A stretch of 64,000 nt of DNA from Yuukianura sp. NJ FZ-2021 (taxonomy: Eukaryota). The DNA lies in contig CM102284.1 of assembly GCA_046563655.1 (NCBI GenBank), positions 7,750,001 through 7,814,000 on the forward strand, in the 5' to 3' direction. The translations under genes were made by a program, and so were the position numbers. Shown one piece after another: positions 17,429 to 32,400 of the stretch. The notes beneath the pieces were generated by a model, which was not told the DNA's origin, did no database searches, and saw only the letters and a program-made list of their open reading frames with translations. The stretch's first letter is position 1, and every line of letters starts with the position of its first letter.

Positions 17429-20400
17429 AAAATGAATTTTTTGACAAAAATTGAGCTTGGTTCACTTCAGATGGGCGTTCAGAGACAAAATATCGGAGTG
17501 CAATTTTCAGTTCTCAGAAAGCTCAGAATGACTTTTTAGGGAGTTTTGTATGAAAAAAAATGAATTTTTTGACAAAAATTGAGCTTGGTTTACTTCAGAT
17601 GGGCTTTCCGTGGCAAAATATCGGAGTGCAATTTTCAGTACTCAGAAAGCTCAGAATGAATTTTTGGGGAGTTTTGTATGAAAAAAATGAATTTTTTGAC
17701 AAAAATTGAGCTTGGTTCACTTCAGATGGGCGTTCAGAGACAAAATATCGGAGTGCAATTTTCAGTTCTCAGAAAGCTCAGAATGACTTTTTAGGGAGTT
17801 TTGTATGAAAAAATGAATTTTTTGACAAAAATTGAGCTTGGTTCACTTCAGATGGGCTTCCCGAGGCAACATATCGGAGTGCAATTTTCAGTTCTCAGAA
17901 AGCTCAGAATGACTTTTTGGGGAGTTTTGTATGAAAAACATGAATTTGTTGGCAAAAATTGAGCTTGGTTCATTTCAGATGGGCTTTCCGAGGCAACATA
18001 TCGGAGTGCAATTTTCAGTTCTCAGAAAGCTCAGAATGACTTTTTGGGGAGTTTTGTATGAAAAAATGAATTTTTTGACAAAAATTGAGCTTAGTTCATT
18101 TCAGATGGGCTTTCCGAGGCAACATATCGGAGTGCAATTTTCAGTTCTCAGAAGGCTCAGAATGACTTTTTGGGGAGTTTTGTATGAAAAAATGAATTTT
18201 TTGACAAAAATTGAGCTTGGTTCACTTCAGATGGGCGTTCAGAGACAAAATATCGGAGTGCAATTTTCAGTTCTCAGAAAGCTCAGAATGACTTTTTAGG
18301 GAGTTTTGTATGAAAAAAATGAATTTTTTGACAAAAATTGAGCTTGGTTCACTTCAGATGGGCTTCCCGAGGCAACATATCGGAGTGCAATTTTCAGTTC
18401 TCAGAAAGCTCAGAATGACTTTTTGGGGAGTTTTGTATGAAAAACATGAATTTGTTGGCAAAAATTGAGCTTGGTTCACTTCAGATGGGCGTTCAGAGAC
18501 AAAATATCGGAGTGCAATTTTCAGTTCTCAGAAAGCTCAGAATGACTTTTTGGGGAGTTTTGTATGAAAAAATGAATTTTTTGACAAAAATTGAGCTTGG
18601 TTCACTTCAGATGGGCGTTCAGAGACAAAATATCGGAGTGCAATTTTCAGTTCTCAGAAAGCTCAGAATGACTTTTTGGGGAGTTTTGTATGAAAAAATG
18701 AATTTTTTGACAAAAATTAAGCTTGGTTCACTTCAGATGGGCTTCCCGAGGCAACATATCGGAGTGCAATTTTCAGTTCTCAGAAAGCTCAGAATGACTT
18801 TTTGGGGAGTTTTGTATGAAAAACATGAATTTGTTGGCAAAAATTGAGCTTGGTTCACTTCAGATGGGCGTTCAGAGACAAAATATCGGAGTGCAATTTT
18901 CAGTTCTCAGAAAGCTCAGAATGACTTTTTTGGGAGTTTTGTATGAAAAAAATGAATTTTTTGACAAAAATTGAGCTTGGTTCACTTCAGATGGGCTTCC
19001 CGAGGCAACATATCGGAGTGCAATTTTCAGTTCTCAGAAAGCTCAGAATGACTTTTTGGGGAGTTTTGTATGAAAAACATGAATTTGTTGGCAAAAATTG
19101 AGCTTGGTTCATTTCAGATGGGCTTTCCGAGGCAACATATCGGAGTGCAATTTTCAGTTCTCAGAAAGCTCAGAATGACTTTTTGGGGAGTTTTGTATGA
19201 AAAAATGAATTTTTTGACAAAAATTGAGCTTGGTTCATTTCACATGGGCTTTCCGAGGCAAAATATCGGAGTGCAATTTTCAGTTCTCAGAAAGCTCAGA
19301 ATGACTTTTTGGGGAGTTTTCAATGAAAAAAATGAATTTTTTGACAAAAATTGAGCTTGGTTCACTTCAGATGGGCTTCCCGAGGCAAAATATCGGAGTG
19401 CAATTTTCAGTTCTCAGAAAGCTCAGAATGACTTTTTGGGGAGTTTTGTATGAAAAAATGAATTTTTTGACAAAAATTGAGCTTAGTTCATTTCAGATGG
19501 GCTTTCCGAGGCAACATATCGGAGTGCAATTTTCAGTTCTCAGAAAGCTCAGAATGACTTTTTGGGGAGTTTTGTATGAAAAAAATGAATTTTTTGACAA
19601 AAATTGAGCTTGGTTCATTTCAGATGGGCTTTCCGAGGCAACATATCGGAGTGCAATTTTCAGTTCTCAGAAACCTCAGAATGACTTTTTAGGGAGTTTT
19701 GTATGAAAAAAAATGAATTTTTTGACAAAAATTGAGCTTGGTTCACTTCAGATGGGCTTCCCGAGGCAACATATCGGAGTGCAATTTTCAGTTCTCAGAA
19801 AGCTCAGAATGACTTTTTGGGGAGTTTTGTATGAAAAACATGAATTTGTTGGCAAAAATTGAGCTTGGTTCACTTCAGATGGGCGTTCAGAGACAAAATA
19901 TCGGAGTGCAATTTTCAGTTCTCAGAAAGCTCAGAATGACTTTTTAGGGAGTTTTGTATGAAAAAATGAATTTTTTGACAAAAATTGAGCTTGGTTCACT
20001 TCAGATGGGCTTCCCGAGGCAACATATCGGAGTGCAATTTTCAGTTCTCAGAAAGCTCAGAATGACTTTTTGGGGAGTTTTGTATGAAAAACATGAATTT
20101 GTTGGCAAAAATTGAGCTTGGTTCATTTCAAATGGGCTTTCCGAGGCAACATATCGGAGTGCAATTTTCAGTTCTCAGAAAGCTCAGAATGACTTTTTGG
20201 GGAGTTTTGTATGAAAAAAAATGAATTTTTTGACAAAAATTGAGCTTGGTTCATTTCACATGGGCTTTCCGAGGCAAAATATCGGAGTGCAATTTTCAGT
20301 TCTCAGAAAGCTCAGAATGACTTTTTGGGGAGTTTTCAATGAAAAAAATGAATTTTTTGACAAAAATTGAGCTTGGTTCACTTCAGATGGGCTTCCCGAG

Positions 20401-23400
20401 GCAAAATATCGGAGTGCAATTTTCAGTTCTCAGAAAGCTCAGAATGACTTTTTGGGGAGTTTTGTATGAAAAAATGAATTTTTTGACAAAAATTGAGCTT
20501 AGTTCATTTCAGATGGGCTTTCCGAGGCAACATATCGGAGTGCAATTTTCAGTTCTCAGAAAGCTCAGAATGACTTTTTGGGGAGTTTTGTATGAAAAAA
20601 TGAATTTTTTGACAAAAATTGAGCTTAGTTCATTTCAGATGGGCTTTCCGAGGCAACATATCGGAGTGCAATTTTCAGTTCTCAGAAAGCTCAGAATGAC
20701 TTTTTGGGGAGTTTTGTATGAAAAAATGAATTTTTTGACAAAAATTGAGCTTGGTTCATTTCAGATGGGCTTTCCGAGGCAACATATCGGAGTGCAATTT
20801 TCAGTTCTCAGAAAGCTCAGAATGACTTTTTAGGGAGTTTTGTATGAAAAAAAAATGAATTTTTTGACAAAAATTGAGCTTGGTTCACTTCAGATGTGCT
20901 TCCCGAGGCAACATATCGGAGTGCAATTTTCAGTTCTCAGAAAGCTCAGAATGACTTTTTGGGGAGTTTTGTATGAAAAACATGAATTTGTTGGCAAAAA
21001 TTGAGCTTGGTTCACTTCAGATGGGCGTTCAGAGACAAAATATCGGAGTGCAATTTTCAGTTCTCAGAAAGCTCAGAATGACTTTTTAGGGAGTTTTGTA
21101 TGAAAAAAAATGAATTTTTTGACAAAAATTGAGCTTGGTTCACTTCAGATGGGCTTCCCGAGGCAACATATCGGAGTGCAATTTTCAGTTCTCAGAAAGC
21201 TCAGAATGACTTTTTGGGGAGTTTTGTATGAAAAACATGAATTTGTTGGCAAAAATTGAGATTGGTTCATTTCAGATGGGCTTTCCGAGGCAACATATCG
21301 GAGTGCAATTTTCAGTTCTCAGAAAGCTCAGAATGACTTTTTGAGGAGTTTTGTATAAAAAAAAAATGAATTTTTTGACAAAAATTGAGCTTGGTTCATT
21401 TCACATGGGCTTTCCGAGGCAAAATATCGGAGTGCAATTTTCAGTACTCAGAAAGCTCAGAATGAATTTTTGGGGAGTTTTGTATGAAAAAAATGAATTT
21501 TTTGACAAAAATTGAGCTTGGTTCACTTCAGATGGGCGTTCAGAGACAAAATATCGGAGTGCAATTTTCAGTTCTCAGAAAGCTCAGAATGACTTTTTAG
21601 GGAGTTTTGTATGAAAAAATGAATTTTTTGACAAAAATTGAGCTTGGTTCATTTCAGATGGGCGTTCCGAGGCAACATATCGGAGTGCAATTTTCAGTTC
21701 TCAGAAAGCTCAGAATGACTTTTTGGGGAGTTTTGTATGAAAAACATGAATTTGTTGGCAAAAATTGAGCTTGGTTCATTTCAGATGGGCTTTCCGAGGC
21801 AACATATCGGAGTGCAATTTTCAGTTCTCAGAAAGCTCAGAATGACTTTTTGGGAGTTTTGTATGAAAAACATGAATTTTTTGACACAAATTGAGCTTGG
21901 TTTACTTCAGATGGGCTTTCCGTGGCAAAATATCGGAGTGCAATTTTCAGTACTCAGAAAGCTCAGAATGAATTTTTGGGGAGTTTTGTATGAAAAAAAT
22001 GAATTTTTTGACAAAAATTGAGCTTGGTTCACTTCAGATGGGCGTTCAGAGACAAAATATCGGAGTGCAATTTTCAGTTCTCAGAAAGCTCAGAATGACT
22101 TTTTAGGGAGTTTTGTATGAAAAAAAATGAATTTTTTGACAAAAATTGAGCTTGGTTCACTTCAGATGGGCTTCCCGAGGCAACATATCGGAGTGCAATT
22201 TTCAGTTCTCAGAAAGCTCAGAATGACTTTTTGGGGAGTTTTGTATGAAAAAACATGAATTTTTTGACAAAAATTGAGCTTGGTTCATTTCAGATGGGCT
22301 TTCCGAGGCAAAATATCGGAGTGCAATTTTCAGTTCTCAGAAAGCTCAGAATGACTTTTTGGGGAGTTTTCAATGAAAAAAATGAATTTTTTGACAAAAA
22401 TTGAGCTTGGTTCACTTCAGATGGGCTTCCCGAGGCAAAATATCGGAGTGCAATTTTCAGTTCTCAGAAAGCTCAGAATGACTTTTTGGGGAGTTTTGTA
22501 TGAAAAACATGAATTTGTTGGCAAAAATTGAGCTTGGTTCACTTCAGATGGGCGTTCAGAGACAAAATATCGGAGTGCAATTTTCAGTTCTCAGAAAGCT
22601 CAGAATGACTTTTTAGGGAGTTTTGAATGAAAAAAATGAATTTTTTGACAAAAATTGAGCTTGGTTCACTTCAGATGGGCTTCCCGAGGCAACATATCGG
22701 AGTGCAATTTTCAGTTCTCAGAAAGCTCAGAATGACTTTTTGGGGAGTTTTGTATGAAAAACATGAATTTGTTGGCAAAAATTGAGCTTGGTTCATTTCA
22801 GATGGGCTTTCCGAGGCAACATATCGGAGTGCAATTTTCAGTTCTCAGAAAGCTCAGAATGACTTTTTGAGGAGTTTTGTATGAAAAAAATGAATTTTTT
22901 GACAAAAATTGAGCTTGGTTCATTTCACATGGGCTTTCCGAGGCAACATATCGGAGTGCAATTTTCAGTTCTCAGAAAGCTCAGAATGACTTTTTGGGGA
23001 GTTTTGTATGAAAAAAATGAATTTTTTGACAAAAATTGAGCTTGGTTCACTTCAGATGGGCTTCCCGAGGCGAAATATCGGAGTGCAATTTTCAGTTCTC
23101 AGAAAGCTCAGAATGACTTTTTGGGGAGTTTTGTATGAAAAACATGAATTTGTTGGCAAAAATTGAGCTTGGTTCATTTCAGATGGGCTTTCCGAGGCAA
23201 CATATCGGAGTGCAATTTTCAGTTCTCAGAAGGCTCAGAATGACTTTTTGGGGAGTTTTGTATGAAAAAATGAATTTTTTGACAAAAATTGAGCTTGGTT
23301 CACTTCAGATGGGCGTTCAGAGACAAAATATCGGAGTGCAATTTTCAGTTCTCAGAAAGCTCAGAATGACTTTTTAGGGAGTTTTGTATGAAAAAAAATG

Positions 23401-26400
23401 AATTTTTTGACAAAAATTGAGCTTGGTTCACTTCAGATGGGCTTCCCGAGGCAACATATCGGAGTGCAATTTTCAGTTCTCAGAAAGCTCAGAATGACTT
23501 TTTGGGGAGTTTTGTATGAAAAACATGAATTTGTTGGCAAAAATTGAGCTTGGTTCACTTCAGATGGGCGTTCAGAGACAAAATATCGGAGTGCAATTTT
23601 CAGTTCTCAGAAAGCTCAGAATGACTTTTTAGGGAGTTTTGTATGAAAAAAAATGAATTTTTTGACAAAAATTGAGCTTGGTTCACTTCAGATGGGCTTC
23701 CCGAGGCAACATATCGGAGTGCAATTTTCAGTTCTCAGAAAGCTCAGAATGACTTTTTGGGGAGTTTTGTATGAAAAAAATGAATTTTTTGACAAAAATT
23801 GAGCTTGGTTCACTTCAGATGGGCTTCCCGAGGCAAAATATCGGAGTGCAATTTTCAGTTCTCAGAAAGCTCAGAATGACTTTTTGGGGAGTTTTGTATG
23901 AAAAACATGAATTTGTTGGCAAAAATTGAGCTTGGTTCACTTCAGATGGGCGTTCAGAGACAAAATATCGGAGTGCAATTTTCAGTTCTCAGAAAGCTCA
24001 GAATGACTTTTTAGGGAGTTTTGTATGAAAAAAAATGAATTTTTTGACAAAAATTGAGCTTGGTTCACTTCAGATGGGCTTCCCGAGGCAACATATCGGA
24101 GTGCAATTTTCAGTTCTCAGAAAGCTCAGAATGACTTTTTGGGGAGTTTTGTATGAAAAACATGAATTTGTTGGCAAAAATTGAGCTTGGTTCATTTCAG
24201 ATGGGCTTTCCGAGGCAACATATCGGAGTGCAATTTTCAGTTCTCAGAAAGCTCAGAATGACTTTTTGAGGAGTTTTGTATGAAAAAAAATGAATTTTTT
24301 GACAAAAATTGAGCTTGGTTCATTTCACATGGGCTTTCCGAGGCAACATATCGGAGTGCAATTTTCAGTTCTCAGAAAGCTCAGAATGACTTTTTGGGGA
24401 GTTTTGTATGAAAAAAATGAATTTTTTGACAAAAATTGAGCTTGGTTCACTTCAGATGGGCTTCCCGAGGCGAAATATCGGAGTGCAATTTTCAGTTCTC
24501 AGAAAGCTCAGAATGACTTTTTGGGGAGTTTTGTATGAAAAACATGAATTTGTTGGCAAAAATTGAGCTTGGTTCATTTCAGATGGGCTTTCCGAGGCAA
24601 CATATCGGAGTGCAATTTTCAGTTCTCAGAAGGCTCAGAATGACTTTTTAGGGAGTTTTGTATGAAAAAATGAATTTTTTGACAAAAATTGAGCTTGGTT
24701 CACTTCAGATGGGCGTTCAGAGACAAAATATCGGAGTGCAATTTTCAGTTCTCAGAAAGCTCAGAATGACTTTTTGGGGAGTTTTGTATGAAAAAAATGA
24801 ATTTTTTGACAAAAATTGAGCTTGGTTCACTTCAGATGGGCTTCCCGAGGCAACATATCGGAGTGCAATTTTCAGTTCTCAGAAAGCTCAGAATGACTTT
24901 TTGGGGAGTTTTGTATGAAAAAAATGAATTTTTTGACAAAAATTGAGCTTGGTTCACTTCAGATGGGCTTCCCGAGGCAAAATATCGGAGTGCAATTTTC
25001 AGTTCTCAGAAAGCTCAGAATGACTTTTTGGGGAGTTTTGTATGAAAAACATGAATTTGTTGGCAAAAATTGAGCTTGGTTCACTTCAGATGGGCGTTCA
25101 GAGACAAAATATCGGAGTGCAATTTTCAGTTCTCAGAAAGCTCAGAATGACTTTTTAGGGAGTTTTGTATGAAAAAAAATGAATTTTTTGACAAAAATTG
25201 AGCTTGGTTCACTTCAGATGGGCTTCCCGAGGCAACATATCGGAGTGCAATTTTCAGTTCTCAGAAAGCTCAGAATGACTTTTTGGGGAGTTTTGTATGA
25301 AAAACATGAATTTGTTGGCAAAAATTGAGCTTGGTTCATTTCAGATGGGCTTTCCGAGGCAACATATCGGAGTGCAATTTTCAGTTCTCAGAAAGCTCAG
25401 AATGACTTTTTGAGGAGTTTTGTATGAAAAAAATGAATTTTTTGACAAAAATTGAGCTTGGTTCATTTCACATGGGCTTTCCGAGGCAACATATCGGAGT
25501 GCAATTTTCAGTTCTCAGAAAGCTCAGAATGACTTTTTGGGGAGTTTTGTATGAAAAAAATGAATTTTTTGACAAAAATTGAGCTTGGTTCACTTCAGAT
25601 GGGCTTCCCGAGGCGAAATATCGGAGTGCAATTTTCAGTTCTCAGAAAGCTCAGAATGACTTTTTGGGGAGTTTTGTATGAAAAACATGAATTTGTTGGC
25701 AAAAATTGAGCTTGGTTCATTTCAGATGGGCTTTCCGAGGCAACATATCGGAGTGCAATTTTCAGTTCTCAGAAAGCTCAGAATGACTTTTTGAGGAGTT
25801 TTGTATGAAAAAAAAATGAATTTTTTGACAAAAATTGAGCTTGGTTCATTTCACATGGGCTTTCCGAGGCAACATATCGGAGTGCAATTTTCAGTTCTCA
25901 GAAAGCTCAGAATGACTTTTTGGGGAGTTTTGTATGAAAAAAATGAATTTTTTGACAAAAATTGAGCTTGGTTCACTTCAGATGGGCTTCCCGAGGCGAA
26001 ATATCGGAGTGCAATTTTCAGTTCTCAGAAAGCTCAGAATGACTTTTTGGGGAGTTTTGTATGAAAAACATGAATTTGTTGGCAAAAATTGAGCTTGGTT
26101 CATTTCAGATGGGCTTTCCGAGGCAACATATCGGAGTGCAATTTTCAGTTCTCAGAAGGCTCAGAATGACTTTTTAGGGAGTTTTGTATGAAAAAATGAA
26201 TTTTTTGACAAAAATTGAGCTTGGTTCACTTCAGATGGGCGTTCAGAGACAAAATATCGGAGTGCAATTTTCAGTTCTCAGAAAGCTCAGAATGACTTTT
26301 TGGGGAGTTTTGTATGAAAAAAATGAATTTTTTGACAAAAATTGAGCTTGGTTCACTTCAGATGGGCTTCCCGAGGCAACATATCGGAGTGCAATTTTCA

Positions 26401-29400
26401 GTTCTCAGAAAGCTCAGAATGACTTTTTGGGGAGTTTTGTATGAAAAAAATGAATTTTTTGACAAAAATTGAGCTTGGTTCACTTCAGATGGGCTTCCCG
26501 AGGCAAAATATCGGAGTGCAATTTTCAGTTCTCAGAAAGCTCAGAATGACTTTTTGGGGAGTTTTGTATGAAAAACATGAATTTGTTGGCAAAAATTGAG
26601 CTTGGTTCACTTCAGATGGGCGTTCAGAGACAAAATATCGGAGTGCAATTTTCAGTTCTCAGAAAGCTCAGAATGACTTTTTAGGGAGTTTTGTATGAAA
26701 AACATGAATTTTTTGACAAAAATTGAGCTTGGTTCACTTCAGATGGGCTTCCCGAGGCAACATATCGGAGTGCAATTTTCAGTTCTCAGAAAGCTCAGAA
26801 TGACTTTTTGGGGAGTTTTGTATGAAAAACATGAATTTGTTGGCAAAAATTGAGCTTGGTTCATTTCAGATGGGCTTTCCGAGGCAACATATCGGAGTGC
26901 AATTTTCAGTTCTCAGAAAGCTCAGAATGACTTTTTGAGGAGTTTTGTATGAAAAAAATGAATTTTTTGACAAAAATTGAGCTTGGTTCATTTCACATGG
27001 GCTTTCCGAGGCAACATATCGGAGTGCAATTTTCAGTTCTCAGAAAGCTCAGAATGACTTTTTGGGGAGTTTTGTATGAAAAAAATGAATTTTTTGACAA
27101 AAATTGAGCTTGGTTCACTTCAGATGGGCTTCCCGAGGCGAAATATCGGAGTGCAATTTTCAGTTCTCAGAAAGCTCAGAATGACTTTTTGGGGAGTTTT
27201 GTATGAAAAACATGAATTTGTTGGCAAAAATTGAGCTTGGTTCATTTCAGATGGGCTTTCCGAGGCAACATATCGGAGTGCAATTTTCAGTTCTCAGAAG
27301 GCTCAGAATGACTTTTTGGGGAGTTTTGTATGAAAAAATGAATTTTTTGACAAAAATTGAGCTTGGTTCACTTCAGATGGGCGTTCAGAGACAAAATATC
27401 GGAGTGCAATTTTCAGTTCTCAGAAAGCTCAGAATGACTTTTTAGGGAGTTTTGTATGAAAAAAAATGAATTTTTTGACAAAAATTGAGCTTGGTTCACT
27501 TCAGATGGGCTTCCCGAGGCAACATATCGGAGTGCAATTTTCAGTTCTCAGAAAGCTCAGAATGACTTTTTGGGGAGTTTTGTATGAAAAACATGAATTT
27601 GTTGGCAAAAATTGAGCTTGGTTCACTTCAGATGGGCGTTCAGAGACAAAATATCGGAGTGCAATTTTCAGTTCTCAGAAAGCTCAGAATGACTTTTTAG
27701 GGAGTTTTGTATGAAAATAAATGAATTTTTTGACAAAAATTGAGCTTGGTTCACTTCAGATGGGCTTCCCGAGGCAACATATCGGAGTGCAATTTTCAGT
27801 TCTCAGAAAGCTCAGAATGACTTTTTGGGGAGTTTTGTATGAAAAAAATGAATTTTTTGACAAAAATTGAGCTTGGTTCACTTCAGATGGGCTTCCCGAG
27901 GCAAAATATCGGAGTGCAATTTTCAGTTCTCAGAAAGCTCAGAATGACTTTTTGGGGAGTTTTGTATGAAAAACATGAATTTGTTGGCAAAAATTGAGCT
28001 TGGTTCACTTCAGATGGGCGTTCAGAGACAAAATATCGGAGTGCAATTTTCAGTTCTCAGAAAGCTCAGAATGACTTTTTAGGGAGTTTTGTATGAAAAA
28101 AAATGAATTTTTTGACAAAAATTGAGCTTGGTTCACTTCAGATGGGCTTCCCGAGGCAACATATCGGAGTGCAATTTTCAGTTCTCAGAAAGCTCAGAAT
28201 GACTTTTTGGGGAGTTTTGTATGAAAAACATGAATTTGTTGGCAAAAATTGAGCTTGGTTCATTTCAGATGGGCTTTCCGAGGCAACATATCGGAGTGCA
28301 ATTTTCAGTTCTCAGAAAGCTCAGAATGACTTTTTGAGGAGTTTTGTATGAAAAAAAATGAATTTTTTGACAAAAATTGAGCTTGGTTCATTTCACATGG
28401 GCTTTCCGAGGCAACATATCGGAGTGCAATTTTCAGTTCTCAGAAAGCTCAGAATGACTTTTTGGGGAGTTTTGTATGAAAAAAATGAATTTTTTGACAA
28501 AAATTGAGCTTGGTTCACTTCAGATGGGCTTCCCGAGGCGAAATATCGGAGTGCAATTTTCAGTTCTCAGAAAGCTCAGAATGACTTTTTGGGGAGTTTT
28601 GTATGAAAAACATGAATTTGTTGGCAAAAATTGAGCTTGGTTCATTTCAGATGGGCTTTCCGAGGCAACATATCGGAGTGCAATTTTCAGTTCTCAGAAG
28701 GCTCAGAATGACTTTTTGGGGAGTTTTGTATGAAAAAATGAATTTTTTGACAAAAATTGAGCTTGGTTCACTTCAGATGGGCGTTCAGAGACAAAATATC
28801 GGAGTGCAATTTTCAGTTCTCAGAAAGCTCAGAATGACTTTTTAGGGAGTTTTGTATGAAAAAAAATGAATTTTTTGACAAAAATTGAGCTTGGTTCACT
28901 TCAGATGGGCTTCCCGAGGCAACATATCGGAGTGCAATTTTCAGTTCTCAGAAAGCTCAGAATGACTTTTTGGGGAGTTTTGTATGAAAAACATGAATTT
29001 GTTGGCAAAAATTGAGCTTGGTTCACTTCAGATGGGCGTTCAGAGACAAAATATCGGAGTGCAATTTTCAGTTCTCAGAAAGCTCAGAATGACTTTCTGG
29101 GGAGTTTTGAATGAAAAAAATGAATTTTTTGACAAAAATTGAGCTTGGTTCACTTCAGATGGGCTTCCCGAGGCAACATATCGGAGTGCAATTTTCAGTT
29201 CTCAGAAAGCTCAGAATGACTTTTTGGGGAGTTTTGTATGAAAAACATGAATTTGTTGGCAAAAACTGAGCTTGGTTCATTTCAGATGGGCTTTCCGAGG
29301 CAACATATCGGAGTGCAATTTTCAGTTCTCAGAAAGCTCAGAATGACTTTTTGGGGAGTTTTGTATGAAAAAAATGAATTTTTTGACAAAAATTGAGCTT

Positions 29401-32400
29401 GGTTCATTTCACATGGGCTTTCCGAGGCAACATATCGGAGTGCAATTTTCAGTTCTCAGAAAGCTCAGAATGACTTTTTGGGGAGTTTTGTATGAAAAAA
29501 ATGAATTTTTTGACAAAAATTGAGCTTGGTTCACTTCAGATGGGCTTCCCGAGGCGAAATATCGGAGTGCAATTTTCAGTTCTCAGAAAGCTCAGAATGA
29601 CTTTTTGGGGAGTTTTGTATGAAAAAATGAATTTTTTGACAAAAATTGAGCTTAGTTCATTTCAGATGGGCTTTCCGAGGCAACATATCGGAGTGCAATT
29701 TTCAGTTCTCAGAAAGCTCAGAATGACTTTTTGGGGAGTTTTGTATGAAAAAAAAATGAATTTTTTGACAAAAATTGAGCTTGGTTCATTTCAGATGGGC
29801 TTTCCGAGGCAACATATCGGAGTGCAATTTTCAGTTCTCAGAAACCTCAGAATGACTTTTTAGGGAGTTTTGTATGAAAAAAATGAATTTTTTCACAAAA
29901 ATTGAGCTTGGTTCACTTCAGATGGGCGTTCAGAGACAAAATATCGGAGTGCAATTTTCAGTTCTCAGAAAGCTCAGAATGACTTTTTAGGGAGTTTTGA
30001 ATGAAAATATTGAATTTTTTGACAAAAATTGAGCTTGGTTCACTTCAGATGGGCTTCCCGAGGCAACATATCGGAGTGCAATTTTCAGTTCTCAGAAAGC
30101 TCAGAATGACTTTTTGGGGAGTTTTGTATGAAAAACATGAATTTGTTGGCAAAAATTGAGCTTGGTTCATTTCAGATGGGCTTTCCGAGGCAACATATCG
30201 GAGTGCAATTTTCAGTTCTCAGAAAGCTCAGAATGACTTTTTGGGGAGTTTTGTATGAAAAAAAATGAATTTTTTGACAAAAATTGAGCTTGGTTCATTT
30301 CACATGGGCTTTCCGAGGCAACATATCGGAGTGCAATTTTCAGTTCTCAGAAAGCTCAGAATGACTTTTTGGGGAGTTTTGTATGAAAAAATGAATTTTT
30401 TGACAAAAATTGAGCTTAGTTCATTTCAGATGGGCTTTCCGAGGCAACATATCGGAGTGCAATTTTCAGTTCTCAGAAAGCTCAGAATGACTTTTTGGGG
30501 AGTTTTGTATGAAAAAAAATGAATTTTTTGACAAAAATTGAGCTTGGTTCATTTCAGATGGGCTTTCCGAGGCAACATATCGGAGTGCAATTTTCAGTTC
30601 TCAGAAAGCTCAGAATGACTTTTTAGGGAGTTTTGTATGAAAAAAAATGAATTTTTTGACAAAAATTGAGCTTGGTTCACTTCAGATGGGCTTCCCGAGG
30701 CAACATATCGGAGTGCAATTTTCAGTTCTCAGAAAGCTCAGAATGACTTTTTGGGGAGTTTTGTATGAAAAACATGAATTTGTTGGCAAAAATTGAGCTT
30801 GGTTCACTTCAGATGGGCGTTCAGAGACAAAATATCGGAGTGCAATTTTCAGTTCTCAGAAAGCTCAGAATGACTTTTTAGGGAGTTTTGTATGAAAAAA
30901 AATGAATTTTTTGACAAAAATTGAGCTTGGTTCACTTCAGATGGGCTTCCCGAGGCAACATATCGGAGTGCAATTTTCAGTTCTCAGAAAGCTCAGAATG
31001 ACTTTTTGGGGAGTTTTGTATGAAAAACATGAATTTGTTGGCAAAAATTGAGATTGGTTCATTTCAGATGGGCTTTCCGAGGCAACATATCGGAGTGCAA
31101 TTTTCAGTTCTCAGAAAGCTCAGAATGACTTTTTGGGGAGTTTTGAATGAAAAAAAATGAATTTTTTGACAAAAATTGAGCTTGGTTCACTTCAGATGGG
31201 CGTTCAGAGACAAAATATCGGAGTGCAATTTTCAGTTCTCAGAAAGCTCAGAATGACTTTTTAGGGAGTTTTGTATGAAAAAAAATGAATTTTTTGACAA
31301 AAATTGAGCTTGGTTCATTTCAGATGGGCTTTCCGAGGCAACATATCGGAGTGCAATTTTCAGTTCTCAGAAAGCTCAGAATGACTTTTTGGGGAGTTTT
31401 GTATGAAAAACATGAATTTGTTGGCAAAAATTGAGCTTGGTTCATTTCAGATGGGCTTTCCGAGGCAACATATCGGAGTGCAATTTTCAGTTCTCAGAAA
31501 GCTCAGAATGACTTTTTGGGAGTTTTGTATGAAAAACATGAATTTTTTGACACAAATTGAGCTTGGTTTACTTCAGATGGGCTTTCCGTGGCAAAATATC
31601 GGAGTGCAATTTTCAGTACTCAGAAAGCTCAGAATGAATTTTTGGGGAGTTTTGTATGAAAAAAATGAATTTTTTGACAAAAATTGAGCTTGGTTCACTT
31701 CAGATGGGCGTTCAGAGACAAAATATCGGAGTGCAATTTTCAGTTCTCAGAAAGCTCAGAATGACTTTTAGGTGAGTTTTTAATGAAACAAATGAATTTT
31801 TTGACAAAAATTGAGCTTGGTTCACTTCAGATGGGCTTCCCGAGGCAACATATCGGAGTGCAATTTTCAGTTCTCAGAAAGCTCAGAATGACTTTTTGGG
31901 GAGTTTTGTATGAAAAACATGAATTTGTTGGCAAAAATTGAGCTTGGTTCACTTCAGATGGGCGTTCAGAGACAAAATATCGGAGTGCAATTTTCAGTTC
32001 TCAGAAAGCTCAGAATGACTTTTTAGGGAGTTTTGTATGAAAAAAATGAATTTTTTGACAAAAATTGAGCTTGGTTCACTTCAGATGTGCTTCCCGAGGC
32101 AACATATCGGAGTGCAATTTTCAGTTCTCAGAAAGCTCAGAATGACTTTTTGGGGAGTTTTGTATGAAAAACATGAATTTGTTGGCAAAAATTGAGCTTG
32201 GTTCATTTCAGATGGGCTTTCCGAGGCAAAATATCGGAGTGCAATTTTCAGTTCTCAGAAAGCTCAGAATGACTTTTTGGGGAGTTTTCAATGAAAAAAA
32301 TGAATTTTTTGACAAAAATTGAGCTTGGTTCACTTCAGATGGGCTTCCCGAGGCAAAATATCGGAGTGCAATTTTCAGTTCTCAGAAAGCTCAGAATGAC